Shown piece by piece: positions 1 through 12,384 of a stretch of DNA of 64,000 nucleotides (position 1 is its first letter; each line of letters opens with the position of its first letter). The notes under the pieces were generated by a model, which worked only from the letters and a program-made list of their open reading frames with translations, searched no databases and was not told the DNA's origin. The DNA is from Paraspadella gotoi (Eukaryota; Animalia; Chaetognatha): the NCBI GenBank assembly GCA_051294375.1, contig CM119263.1, forward strand, positions 17,094,171 to 17,158,170. The letters are read 5' to 3'. A program made the position numbers and the translations under genes.

Positions 1-836
1 TAAGTTTTGAAAATTTAAGCAATAACACATTATAAGAAGAAAAACTCATAGATCTTAATCCAAAAATCTATTATTTACATACGGTCGCATTACTAACCTT
101 TTATATAATTTCTAAAAATACCGTCGATGTTATACTGGACTCGTTCATTTTCAGCCCGGAACCGAGAAGAAAAAAAATAAGTGGATACCCCGAAGCAGAC
201 TATCAAATCCTCAGCCGCATGCCATCAATCCTTTTGTGCTCAAAAGGGTCACGCATTTACCGACATCAACAAGACTCGCTTATTTGATCGAAAATAAGGA
301 ATGTCTCTGAATGTTTTCAAAATATTTGATGTGGGCTGTTATGTTCAGCGAAAGTTAGTAGTTGTACCTATTTCTAAAATCTTTACATGGGCAGAGATTA
401 TAGAATTTTGCGCTTCTAAAAAAGACTAATATATTTTCTTTTTAAAGTAGTGAGTGCACCATCGTAAAGCTAAACATGCATAATTTTCAAAATTTTAAAA
501 ATATAATAAGATTTAAATTATAAAAATAAGGTTAGAAGTTCTAGCGCAAGCGGTTAGATATAGGGTCCTAGAGACTAAACACTAAAAAATGTAAGTTAAA
601 AGGAGGAAAACTAAGTTGTATTAAATATTCTTAAACGCATAAAGATGAAGTCCTTTCATTCAGAAACGAGGTTTAGAAATCATAAATTGTTGAAAAAAAC
701 ATCTCAGCCATGCAATGACCATTGAATCACTCGACATGGACGGAACGCTTGTACTATATAACAGGGTTTACTTCCCCCTTTACAAAAAGTTCTTGCAACT
801 TCATCTTGCAAAATGAAGTCGATGAAAGCGATTTAC

Positions 837-928
837 GTTTTAGCCATCTCGCAGTTCTCGTCTACTTCGCGTGAATCGGGGTCGATAGTCATAGGTAACG
901 ACATCGAGCCTCGTCTCGGCGACGGCAT
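837..928 (-). CDS. Candidate first coding exon (exon 983-837) of an unidentified gene running off the left edge; MPSPRRGSMSLPMTIDPDSREVDENCEMAK(T)
   Basis: Minus-strand pyrimidine tract ending ctttctacag| at 983, in-frame TGA upstream of the ATG at 928, non-repetitive protein-like translation with an RRGS PKA-type motif, donor AC|gtaaat at 837/836. No homology recognised. Confidence 0.35.
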
Positions 929-1012
929 TAAAGTAATCACGTCCAGGCATCACGACGTCGAATTTAGCTGGTGAAAGATGAAGCTGTAGAAAGCAGAGGG
1001 AGAGAGGATAAT

Positions 1013-1045
<33 letters not shown>

Positions 1046-4024
1046 AGAGAGGAGAAGAGGAGAGACGACGAGAGCAGAGAGAAATGAGAGAAAGAGAGGA
1101 AAGGGAAGACGTGAAGAGTCTTTAGGGGAAGTTAGTAAAACGGGGGCGGGTAAGGCGAATGGGAAGAGGGGGAAGGAATTTTTGTGAGGAAATAACTTTT
1201 GGGGAAATCTTTATTATAATTATAAAAGATCATTAATTATTAAAAAAAAATAAATAAAAATGAAAATTTAAGTAAATTTCCCCTACATGTGAAGGAGCGG
1301 CAAGGAGATTAATTTTATTTAAGTTTTATATTGTTATTAAGTGTAAAAATATTGAGAAAATATCGACAAACATTGTCACCAGATGACGAAATAGAGGAAA
1401 AAGAGAGATGCTTTACCAATATTTAAATTCATTGTGAAACAAAAGCCCAAATTCTTACTGGCAAGAAGAGAAAACAAGACCCCTCTTTCCTTGGATGTCT
1501 CTCCCTCCACTTTATCTCCCTCTCACTCACTCGGTTTAATCTCTCTCTCTCTCTCTCTCTCCCTCTCCTCTCTCTCTCTCATCATCCATTCTTCTCTCTC
1601 TCTCTCATCAGTTTCGATCGGCCGGGGAAAGATCTTAATCACTGATTTGTCCTCCACTCTTTCTGCTTTTATTGTTCCTAAAAACGAAACTTTTCTTCTG
1701 GACATGAACTCGCGCCAGATAAGTCAGTTGAAAAAGTTTCCCCAGGGCCGTGACGAAACCGGTTTTTACTATTATTGATAAGTTAAAACGAAGGGAATTC
1801 GGTGAATGTCTGCTCATCTTTCACGAGGCCCGATAAAAGTAGCAGGGTGGGGTGACAGCGCCCCCCCGCCTGCGGAACCCGGGGCATTGACTTTCTGAAA
1901 AAAGACTCTTCAATGAGGGGAGTTGAAACGGTTAATGAATTAAAGAATAGAACACTGGCGAGGTAAAGAGAAGCAATAAGATTTAGAGATGTTGGGAAGT
2001 CTGCTAGAGAAAAAATTTGGATTTAGATGAGGGGAGGCCTTGTGACAAAGTAGGGATTTGAGGGAAAAAGGGTAGTAGGTTAGGTTTCATGAACGGCAAG
2101 CAAACCGATGTTATCCTAAGCTAATTAATTCTAAATAAAAACCACTACACAGGTTAACGAGCAGGATGATCACTACGAACAGAGAGCGGGGAAGAAAAAC
2201 CGGGCGAAGATGACGAAGAAGACGACCGGAGAAAAAAAGGGCATTTACGTCACCATTCGACCGAAAATTTATCCTCTCCCACTTTTTTTTTATCTATTCC
2301 TCCTTATCTTTACCGAGGCGGTCTTTAAAGGCAGAAGAGAACGACGGGGGAGAGAAGAAAAGAGAGAAGAGGAGGAGAGAGAGAGAGAGAGAGTTAGAGA
2401 GAGATGAGAGGAGAGAGAGAGAAGAGGCAGAGAGACGAGGAGGAGAGAGCACTGTACGGCGGGCATAAAGCAGACGACGAAGTGAGAAACGGCATGACCT
2501 TTGGACCTGACGGCTGGGCAAGCCCCGCACCCCCGGCGACCCACGGATGCCCCGAGACCTATCACGCGCGGCGAGGCGATGAAGAAAAAAAGTCGGTTCC
2601 CTCGGTGTCACCTCGTTTATCTTTCCGTGCTTTAGATGAGCGGCTTATGTGCGGCGCTTTGAGCACTTTTCACCGATTTTAATTACGCACAGGATTTACT
2701 TGCAGGCTCTTTGAACAGCCAGGCACTTATTGCTTCATTGACTGTTCGTGTGATTATATAAAAAGATTTCGTTACAGTTTAGTTTGTCTTTGTTTCTGTC
2801 TCCCAGAACAAGATTCTTTAAATTACCTCTTATTTCTTACCCGACAGATCGGTTTTTCCCCCGAAGATATGGCGACATATTTTTTTTTTTTTGTTAACCG
2901 AACCAGCTATTCATCTCTTATAAAATTACGGACATCTTTTTAACTGGCAACGATCTTCCAACTACCCACTTTCGTCTATCTCATCCCATCTTCCAGTTTC
3001 TCAAGACGGTAAAGTCCACTTTCGGTGAGATCCGGAGAAAGACGAAAAATCAATCGAACTACAACAACCAGGGACCGGATCGTACGGTTCGGCGATTGCT
3101 CCTTTTTTCATTAATCTTCTTGATTAACAAACCGGTGCTGCCGCCACTTCTGCCGGGATGAATTAAACGCTACACCTGCAAATTTGGAACGCAGGGAAAT
3201 GGTGGGGGGGGGATCCGGCCGGGGGTTGGGGTTTCACTGGCCGAGAAGAAATCGATTTGGCCTGACTCGAATTTAAGCGCTAAATGAGACGACGGAAATT
3301 TTTTTTTTTTTTTTTTTTTCGCGAAGAACCGAATTTCGCCGGGTTTCGGCCGAAAAATGGCGGACGCTGCGTATCGGGTTAGACGATTAAAAAAAAAACG
3401 GTAAATTATTGCGCCACAAAAACAAAAGCGAAAGGCAAACATCGAAGGGACCAAGATTAAGAAGAGGGGCGGGGAACTCGAAAAAGCTTCGCGACGTCGA
3501 CAGGGAGAAAGCTGATTGAAAAAAAGAATATTTTTAAATTCAAAAAAGTAAACAAAAAGGGCTCTTCGAGTTTATTTTGCTCGGAGATATTTCATTTGCG
3601 TTTTCGCCGCGAAATTATCAAGAGTCTCTAGGATTTTTTCTTAAGAAAATAAAAACGAAAATGGAGGTTGAGGAGAGGAGGAGGTGCGGAGAAGGAGGGA
3701 GGGCGAGTGAGGAGAGAGAGGAGAGCAGAGAGAGGGGAGAGAGAGAAGAGGACGAGGAGAAGAGAAGAGAGAAGAGAGAGAAGAAGAGAGAAAGATTTTT
3801 ACGACGTCTTCTGTCTTCGTTTTTTCTTTTCAGAGCAATCAACCGTCTCCTGGTAGAGAACACCTGAGCCATCCCTGAAGTGTCATCATCATCCTCATTC
3901 ATCATTCAATCATCATCCTCATCATTCATCCTCATTATCATCATCTATCATCATATCTTCAACAACATTGACAAACAGTCATTCTGTCCCAAGCTTTTCA
4001 TTTCAGGACCTTTCATTTTCATTA

Positions 4025-4416
4025 ATTCCTAAGAAATTGGATCACAACCACATATAAAAATATTCCATTCATTGAATTAAATTAGCTTTCTTACCACTGA
4101 CTTTGGACAGGGCTTGTGGTGCGTTTAAGGCCTACATCCACTCTAACAAGAATAATGACATAGCAAGGCCCTGCAAAATTTCTTCACATCTGATTTATTC
4201 AACTCCCAATGCTACCTGGCTATTCCTATCAATGAAGTGGAAAATATTTATAAAAAGATGTTTCCATTGTAATGAAAAAACAACTCCCTTAAGTATATAG
4301 ATCGGAGAAATACTATATTTACTCCCTCAGCATCCAAATACAAGTGAGTGAATTTTTATAGAAATTCGGTAGGCGAACCAATGTAAAGATTTTCCATGCC
4401 CTGACTTTGGACAGCG
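4025..4416 (+). repeat. Unclassified interspersed repeat, about 1.2 tandem units
   Basis: 4025-4270 aligns by eye to the reverse complement of 22385-22640 (shared gaaattgg..caacc..atataaaaat, actttggacagg, ataatg.catagca, tacctggct, atcaatgaagt). The start of the unit recurs at 4350-4416. Confidence 0.75.
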
Positions 4417-5707
4417 CTTTTATTTATAATATAATAATAATCGTTTTTCACTCAAATCTTTATTCTCCATTTTGAATCATTTCTTCATCCTTTTATAATT
4501 CTTTAGAAAACTTCTGTGCTCGCGCTCATCTCTCCACGTTTTAATCATCTCATCAGACCCACTTTCACCTCACGAAACTTACTTTCCCCTCTTTTTCATT
4601 CTCCTACTCCACCCACTCTTTAGCCTTCCTACTCTTTCCATCCTCATTTCGCCGGATTAAAAGTAAATTCTTTTTATCATAAACAAAGGAAAATCAGCTG
4701 AAAGAAATATGCAGCAAGAGTGTGCAGTGTCGGGAAAAGCGGGAGGAGAGAGCCGAGGAGCGATAGGAAGAGAGAGGGAGAGAGAGAGAGAAGAGATGGA
4801 GAGAGGAGATGACGAGAGAGAGAGAGAGACGAGAGATGAGAGTGAGATTAGGAGAAAGAAAGAGGGGGTTATAAAAGGAATCTGCGGTCATGGTCGCCTG
4901 AAGGGGGGCGTGTCTTGAAACCGCGAAGGTGAGATGGGAGGAAATTATGAGCGATAATCATATTTCCTCCCTCGCTGGTAAGAATTCCAGAGACTGACAA
5001 CACTTATGCTTCATTTCTTCTTCTCGCTCTCTCACTTCTCTCTCTCTCTCACTCTCTCCCTTCTTCTCCTTTCTCTCTGCCTCTCTCTTCTCCTCTCTCT
5101 CTCTCTTCTCTCTCTCCTCTTCTCTCCTCTCTCTCTCATTCCATTTCTTAGTGCTGGAGAAAACATAAAGTGGGGTTCATAAATCCCGCCAAAATTGAAA
5201 AACCAATCATTTCTTTAAAACGGGCAACAAATAACAAATTTTTTTTTTCCCCAAAAAGAACATTTTGTTTTCCGAATGCTTAATAGCTTGTTACAAAACA
5301 GATATTGTTAAAATGTGTATATATTTAAACTCTTTAAATTGTACAACTTAAAGTTAAACTTTTTTTTTCGAATTTTTTTTTCGGCAAATTCGAGTTTCTG
5401 ACACAAAAAAAAAATTCTCAACTTTGGGACGAGAAGTCTTCGTCTCGCGACGCAAAAGCAGAAGCGGCGACACCAAAAAAACTCTTTTTTCTTTTTTTTT
5501 CTTTTCTTCTAAATCTTTTTTTCTTTCAGTTTGTCTGCTGTAGTTTTTTTCTCCTTTTTTTTTTCAAGTTGAAAAATCGAGAAGAAAAAAAACTTGTAGG
5601 CGATTGTATTTTAAATCGAAGAAGAAGCGAGGAAGAGGACGAGTTGTGAGGGAGAGCCGGAGGAAAGAGAGGAAAGAGGTTGTAAAGAAGAATGGGAGGA
5701 AAGTCGG

Positions 5708-5764
<57 letters not shown>

Positions 5765-6277
5765 CCAAAAAAAGTCTTGTCTCCTCCCAACGAATCTTTA
5801 GCCCGACTCTGTCTCTTCCTTCCTCTCACTTCTTTTCTCTATTTTTACTAGTTCTTCTCGATCTCTCTCTCTCTCTCACTATCGCTGTCGGTGGCTTCGT
5901 CTGTCTTTTCGTCTCTGTCTCGCTCTCTCTCTCTTTTTCCCGTTCCCCCCCTGTCATTCAGGTTTCGCAATTTATTTTCTTTCCTGTCCTCCTCTCGCTA
6001 CGATTCCGAGATTTGTTTCAACCAATTTGTTTGTTGGTTTTCTTTTTTTTTCGTGGTTTTTTGTTTGTTTATGTTTTTATATCGAAATAATCGATTAACA
6101 CTCTGGGTTTTGGTCCCCGTGGATTCACCACCGCAGTATTCACGTATTTTTAGAAATGTTTGAATTATCGGAGTTTGTTGAAAGGAAGAAGCAGACTTTT
6201 TTAGTGGGCAGAGATTTTCAGAGACGAATACCTGGCGAGGGAAGCGATTCTTCGACTCTCGATCCCGTGATTTAACC

Positions 6278-6405
<128 letters not shown>

Positions 6406-7136
6406 TCCCACGATCGCGCTGTTTCTTTCCCCCACACGAATTTATTATTTCACGCTTTATAATTTGTGTATTCTCGCGTAGTTACGTGCGGCCGACGAAT
6501 CCTTCTATCGCTACCGTTCGCCCGTCATCTCTCTTTTTCAAAATTCAAACTGGATTTATTCTTAGTTCCCTTTTCTCCCCGCTTTTTTTATTTTCTTCCA
6601 AACAGATTCGCTTCCTTTCTCGCCATCTACCGGGTTCCGGCGGAGATTTGCTTTCGCCGACTCGTTTCACCGAGAATTGTTTCACCGTTTTCCCACGACG
6701 CCCATCTCATCGGCGCCTGCTTTTAATTCTCTCATTTTTATCTCCTTTTTTATTTCTCTTTCCCAGTTTCCCTTTTTTTCTTCTTTTTCTTCTTCCTCGC
6801 TCTCTCACTTCTCCTCTTTATTTAATCGTTGGCCATTTTCTCTGTCGACGAATCGACGCCGCCGAATCAGAAAGGTTTCCTTTTATTCTTCTTTTTTTCT
6901 TCTTTTTATTTCTCGTGTGGCTTCTTTTCTTTTTTGTCTCTTTGATACGGTTTCTCTTTTTGTTTTTAAATGTTTTCTTTCCGCTTCCTATTTTTTTCTC
7001 CCCCTTTTCTTTTTTTTTGACAAAGTTTTGGTTATGAAATCGGTATAACCGAACTACCAACCATATTTTTCGTCTTTCAATTCGCTTTAATTCTTTTTTC
7101 TCTTCTTCTTTTTTCGTCTCCCCTTTTTTCCTCCAG

Positions 7137-7465
7137 TTTCATCAGCAGCAACGATCGTCCTGAGACTCCAATCGGTGGTGGAGATACAACGACGACGACG
7201 ACGACGACGTTAAAAACGACGCCAACGAAACGCAACGAAAAGCCCGCCTGTGGCGCCAATTAACGTCGCGACGACGGCGACGAAATATCGCCTAACGGCG
7301 CAGTTTTCGTCACCGGCGCGAGAATTACGTGGCTCTGACGTCTGGGTACAAATCGGTTTCCGCGTCTTCTAGTCCGGATCGCGGTAGTGGATTCGGTCTT
7401 ACGAGCGGAGAATCGATCAAGTCGTCAACGCGGAGCGTCTCGTCGTTGAGAAGTTAATTAAAAAG
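7137..7465 (+). other. Candidate non-coding (5' UTR or lncRNA) exon followed by a 54-nt intron (7466-7519)
   Basis: Long pyrimidine tract + ctccag| at 7136, AAG|gtaagt donor at 7465/7466, acceptor ttgacttttttag| at 7519. All three frames contain stops. Confidence 0.45.
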
Positions 7466-7557
7466 GTAAGTTCTGTTCTTCTCGAAAAACGCTTTGACAA
7501 TTTTTTTTGACTTTTTTAGACATTGTGTTAGACGAGCGATGAAGCTGATGAGTTAAA

Positions 7558-7770
7558 ATGGCCGATGTCAAGATCAGAGCAAGGAAGTCTTTTGAGAGAA
7601 TGAGCATCGATCGTCTGCTCTCATGCCAGTCGAAGATTGTGGTCTCGAACGCGAATTCGATTGCAGCCGGCGAGAGGGTTCGACGAGTGATCATTCACGC
7701 CGGGTCGCAGATCCAGCGCTTCTTTTCAACGCGACCGACAATCGAGGTCACGGCGCGAGCGTTACAATAG
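7558..7770 (+). CDS. Candidate small ORF (70 aa) downstream of the 54-nt intron
   Basis: aaaATGG start context 38 nt into the putative exon, non-repetitive sequence. No recognisable homology. Confidence 0.15.
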   Translation: MADVKIRARKSFERMSIDRLLSCQSKIVVSNANSIAAGERVRRVIIHAGSQIQRFFSTRPTIEVTARALQ

Positions 7771-8394
7771 GACGATGGAAAATTAATCGATCCAGCGGGG
7801 AGGGAAATCAGATTTGGGAAGCGGAGAGATTGGAAATGTTATTGCGTGAAATTCTGGACGATCTAATCTCACGATTCTTGGAAATTAAAATCGATATCTT
7901 TTTTCGGTCGACTTAACGTCATATTCTAAACTCAAATGCTGAGTTCAAAATATTGAACATTGATGAATCTCCACGAAATTTAAAGAGATATATTCGCAAT
8001 ATGAGGAAATACGATTGTCCGTCTTCTTTCCGAAGGAAATTTAATCGCGCTTACTCAATCCAAGGAAATCCAATTGCTGTTACGCAAGACCGACGCCGAG
8101 CGACTGGGAACGACAGCCCATCGTCGTTATCGGCGAAATACGTGACCCAATTCTTCCCTTTTTCCATTTGTCCCCCTTTTTTTTATCCCTTTTCGACGCC
8201 CTTTTCACCTTCTACCGCTCGCACGAGCCCGCCCCCTTCAAAACCCCACGTCTTTTTAAAAGCGAAAGTTGTTGCGCTAAAATCGACCCCCAGATCGTTC
8301 CCACTTTCTAATCCACAAAAAATCTTCTGCTTTCCAAGGGTTTTAACAAGATTCCAAACGACGAACGACCGTCGAATAAAACATCGGTAAAAGA

Positions 8395-8435
<41 letters not shown>

Positions 8436-8443
8436 CGAGAGAG

Positions 8444-8493
<50 letters not shown>

Positions 8494-9595
8494 GTTAGTG
8501 TTAGCTAAATATTTAGCCGGTCTTCAAAGAGAAACTTATGAGAGGATATTGACGAGTTGGTTAACTTTAGTCGGCAAGCGGTCATGTTGTGGATACTGGC
8601 TGAGCACGACCGGTTTTCGTAGCTGGATTACGATTAATCTCAGAGCGTGGATTAGAGTTTACGGCGGTAAAAGTGAATGAGTGATAAAGCGCAGTAGGAA
8701 TGCAGGAATATTAGGAATAGGCCAGAGGAGGCAGAATAACTGATCAGAGATTTCGATTCCCAAAAATAAGAAGATGATCAAAAAGGCTGCGTGGATGATC
8801 GCGTCAGACTTCCGCGCCGAAGTCGGGGCCGTCGTTCGTCCCGCTCCGACTTCCGGCGACGGCGGTGGGCGTGGCCGAATTTTCGGGACGACGGAGCGGA
8901 AGTTAGCGCGCGAATGAGATGGCGGAGGGAGAGGGGCGGAGTGGGGGCGTGGCGAGAGGCGGATGAGAAATGATGGCGGCGCTGGAGACGGCGAGATTCC
9001 CGCGGGAAAGAAAAGCGATTTTGACGCTCGGGATCGAGTTGAGATTCGATGACAGAAATGATTCGCGCGGATAATAAACGGGACCAATTTTTTTTCTTCC
9101 GAGAGAGAGAAATGAGTTGGGTTTTTTTTTCGTAGGGATTTCCGTGACGATTTTTTTGGATGGAATCTTCGACCGCGACGTCGATTCAAAATGACGACGG
9201 ACGCCTGAGGGGAAATGAGTTGAGATCAGAGTCGCTTGCGGGTAAATAAAGAGAAAAGGAGAAAAGGGAGGGGAAGGGTTAAAGAGAGGACGGGAGTTGA
9301 ACTACGGAGGAAGAGCGGAGAAAGAAATCGACAAGTAAAGAAAAGGAAAGGGGGAAAAATGGATGATAGAATTGAAGAGAAAAGTCAAGAAAAGTGGGGA
9401 AAAGAATGAGAAATAAATGAGAAGTAAACGAAAGCCAGGGAAGGGAAAAGAGAGAGGGAGAGAGGGAGAGAAGGAGAGAGGGAGGAGGTAGAGGGAGAGG
9501 GAGAGGGAATCGATTACAGCGATTCCACTTTTCCCCGACTGATCGGATCGGAAAAGGGAATGAGGGATCGTGGAATCCTTTTTTCAATTTTTCAT

Positions 9596-9626
<31 letters not shown>

Positions 9627-9953
9627 GCTCTCGTCTCTCTCTCTCTCATCTCTCTCTCTCTCTCTCTTCTCTCACTCTTCTACAACTCTCTTTTTTCTCA
9701 AGATGACGGGAGGAATGAACCTCGGAAAAAGACTGATGAGAAGGACTAAAGGGGAATTGACTCTCAGGCGCTGGAGGTAGGAAAAGAAGAAAAAAAAGAA
9801 GGATCGGGGCGGAAAAAAGAAATTTGAGCGTAAAATTGGAGACACGAATGTTTAATTTTCGAATGCAAAAGTTCGAATTGCGACGGAGGGTAAAATTCAC
9901 TGGGATTTTAAAATGGCGGTGATAAAATTAAAAAGAGAAGAAGGGGGAGAGAC

Positions 9954-10002
<49 letters not shown>

Positions 10003-11350
10003 AGAGAGAGAGGAGAGAGAGAGAGATAAGAGAGAGAGAGAGAAGAAAAGAAGAAGGGGAAGAGATATGCGATAAGCTAATTCTTTAAAGTTACATTGCA
10101 TCGCTTCGTATTATTTATTTCATTTTTCACAAAACTGAAGTTCACCGTGTATTTAAATGGAAATCACATTCATAAAGATTGAAGGTAACCTAATCTTCAC
10201 TGTCATCTAGAATATGGGGTTTCTGGGTTTCAGTGAGATAAATCGAAGGGGTTGTGAGACTACGGAGTTGTGGGATGGAATTACTACAGTTTTTTTTAAT
10301 CGAAACGATTCCGTAATTTTCTCCATTTTTTTTCCTCCGTCTCTCACTCTGAAGAATTAGTTTCCCGCTCGGTAAAGGTGAGAGGCGGAAAGGGTGAGGC
10401 AAGGGCGGGTTTAGTTTAGGTGAGTTTAGGTAATGGCGGAGAGGTAAGTTTCGAATTAGATAGATCACCTTCGAAACGAGAGCGGAGAATTGGCAGTCTG
10501 CTTTTGTGGGCCGTGACGAAACTGTCGTCGTTGGAAGACCTCGTTTGTCGTGAAGCTCTCCGTCCCGTTGTCGTTGTTGTTGTTGTTGTTGTTGTTGCTG
10601 GTGAGGATTTTGTCGAGAGGCTCAGTGAATTTTGTGATGATGTTGCTGTTGATGTAAGGCGATTCTATCCACGGCGACGATTCTGTGAAATAGAAAACTT
10701 TTTTTCATCTAATTATGAGTTTACCTAACTTCTTGATTAATAAGCACTGTTGTCCCATATTTCAATTTTTCCGTAAAAAATGAGCGAATGTGGCAACGAT
10801 CAAGAAGCCACACCAGCAAGATTCATAATTCTATAAAATCGTTTCTTTGGTTAAAACTCGCAGGCTTTCCTTCATTTCTTTCTCGTTGTGAGCGATCGTG
10901 GACTCTGATTTGGCGGCCGTTTCAAATCAAAGTGACGCCAGTTCATTTTCCGCTAAATTCCACCAATTTCCATTTTTAAATCTCCGCTAATTAGTCGGGG
11001 AAGAAAGAAAAAAAAATGGGAAGGGCCGAGAAGAAGAAAAAGAGAGAATATAACAGAGAATAAGAAAAAAATTAAAAATGATATCTGTGTTTTTACTGTC
11101 TGAAGAAAAGGGTGGCCCTCTTCCGTCAAAAAAAAAAAAAAGAGAAAGGAATTAAAGGAAAACAATGAAGTAATGAAAAAAATGGGAAGAACCAAAAGGA
11201 CCACATTTTGAAAGTTAAATTTTTAGTTTAAGATAATGACACTAAAGAGAGAGTAAAGTTTAAATAGAACGTATTCTAAAAGGGTGGTCTGAAATGAGGG
11301 AAAGTCAGATGGTTGGCAAGATAACAGAAACGAGCGATGAAGAGAAAAGT

Positions 11351-11368
11351 TTAATTTTTCAGGTGAGT
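11351..11368 (+). promoter_or_regulatory. Candidate recursive splice site (ratchet point)
   Basis: ttaatttttcAG|GTGAGT: a 3' splice site immediately followed by a consensus 5' splice site. Confidence 0.35.
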
Positions 11369-11736
11369 TGGGTGAGGGATGAGATTAATATGGTTTATGT
11401 GATTTACATGGGGATTAAAAGGAAAAGATTTACTTTACAAATTATGTCTAAATGGAAAAGACATACATGAAAACTAAAAATTAAATTAATTTCTAAAGAT
11501 GAATGAGTAGTTAGATAACCAACTTTGAAAGTTAAAACAAAAAGTTTATGGAGGCTAAGTTGGATTTGTCTACGAATCAACTTGGTGAGTATAAGATATA
11601 GAGGAAAGAGGGAGAAAGGCGAGAAAGCTATTTAGATTGAAGATAACGAGAGGCCCCCGTGTCCAGACGTCCAAATCCCAATCTCTAGATAAGAAAAATC
11701 GTGAGAAAAGCGAGGAATTGAAGAAAAGACTTTTTT

Positions 11737-11779
<43 letters not shown>

Positions 11780-12337
11780 TCGCTCTCTCTCTCTCTTCTC
11801 TCTCTCTCTCTTTCTTCTCTCCCTTGGGAATCTGGGATTTAAAGATATTTGAAGGAGAACCTGAATTCGGTTCCATGGTTTTTTTTCTTTGATATTTTTC
11901 ACGGACGAAATCTTTTTTTTTTTCCTGATCCCAAGTGATATTTTCGTAAAAGTTATTGAATGCAAGTAACCGTGAACTCTCATTTCCACTACTCATATCA
12001 TCGACTCTCGTACCGTTAATAGTTGCACGCACAAAACATGCAAGAAAAGTCTTGCCACTTTAAATGTCTTTTTTTTTCTTTTGATCGCACTCAACCTTCC
12101 TTCTCTGTCCTCTCACTCGAGGGTCAAAATCTTACTCCCAAATTCCTCGAATCTTTTTTCGTCCCCCGGAGAAATGGGGTAAGCTTCTTTGTGTCGAGCG
12201 GGTAAGTTCAATTTGAGATGTAGCCTCAAGCCTTGAGCCAGGTGAGTCTCTGGTGCGCAAAGAGCTATTTCTGGATTTCCTTAACTCCTTTGCAGGAATA
12301 AGTTACTCCGTTCTCTTTTCAGGATTCGCTAGGGTCC

Positions 12338-12384
<47 letters not shown>

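Noticed and set aside
155-310. Plus-strand 51-codon frame after tttcag
   Set aside because: No recognisable homology, and no upstream context is available in this window.
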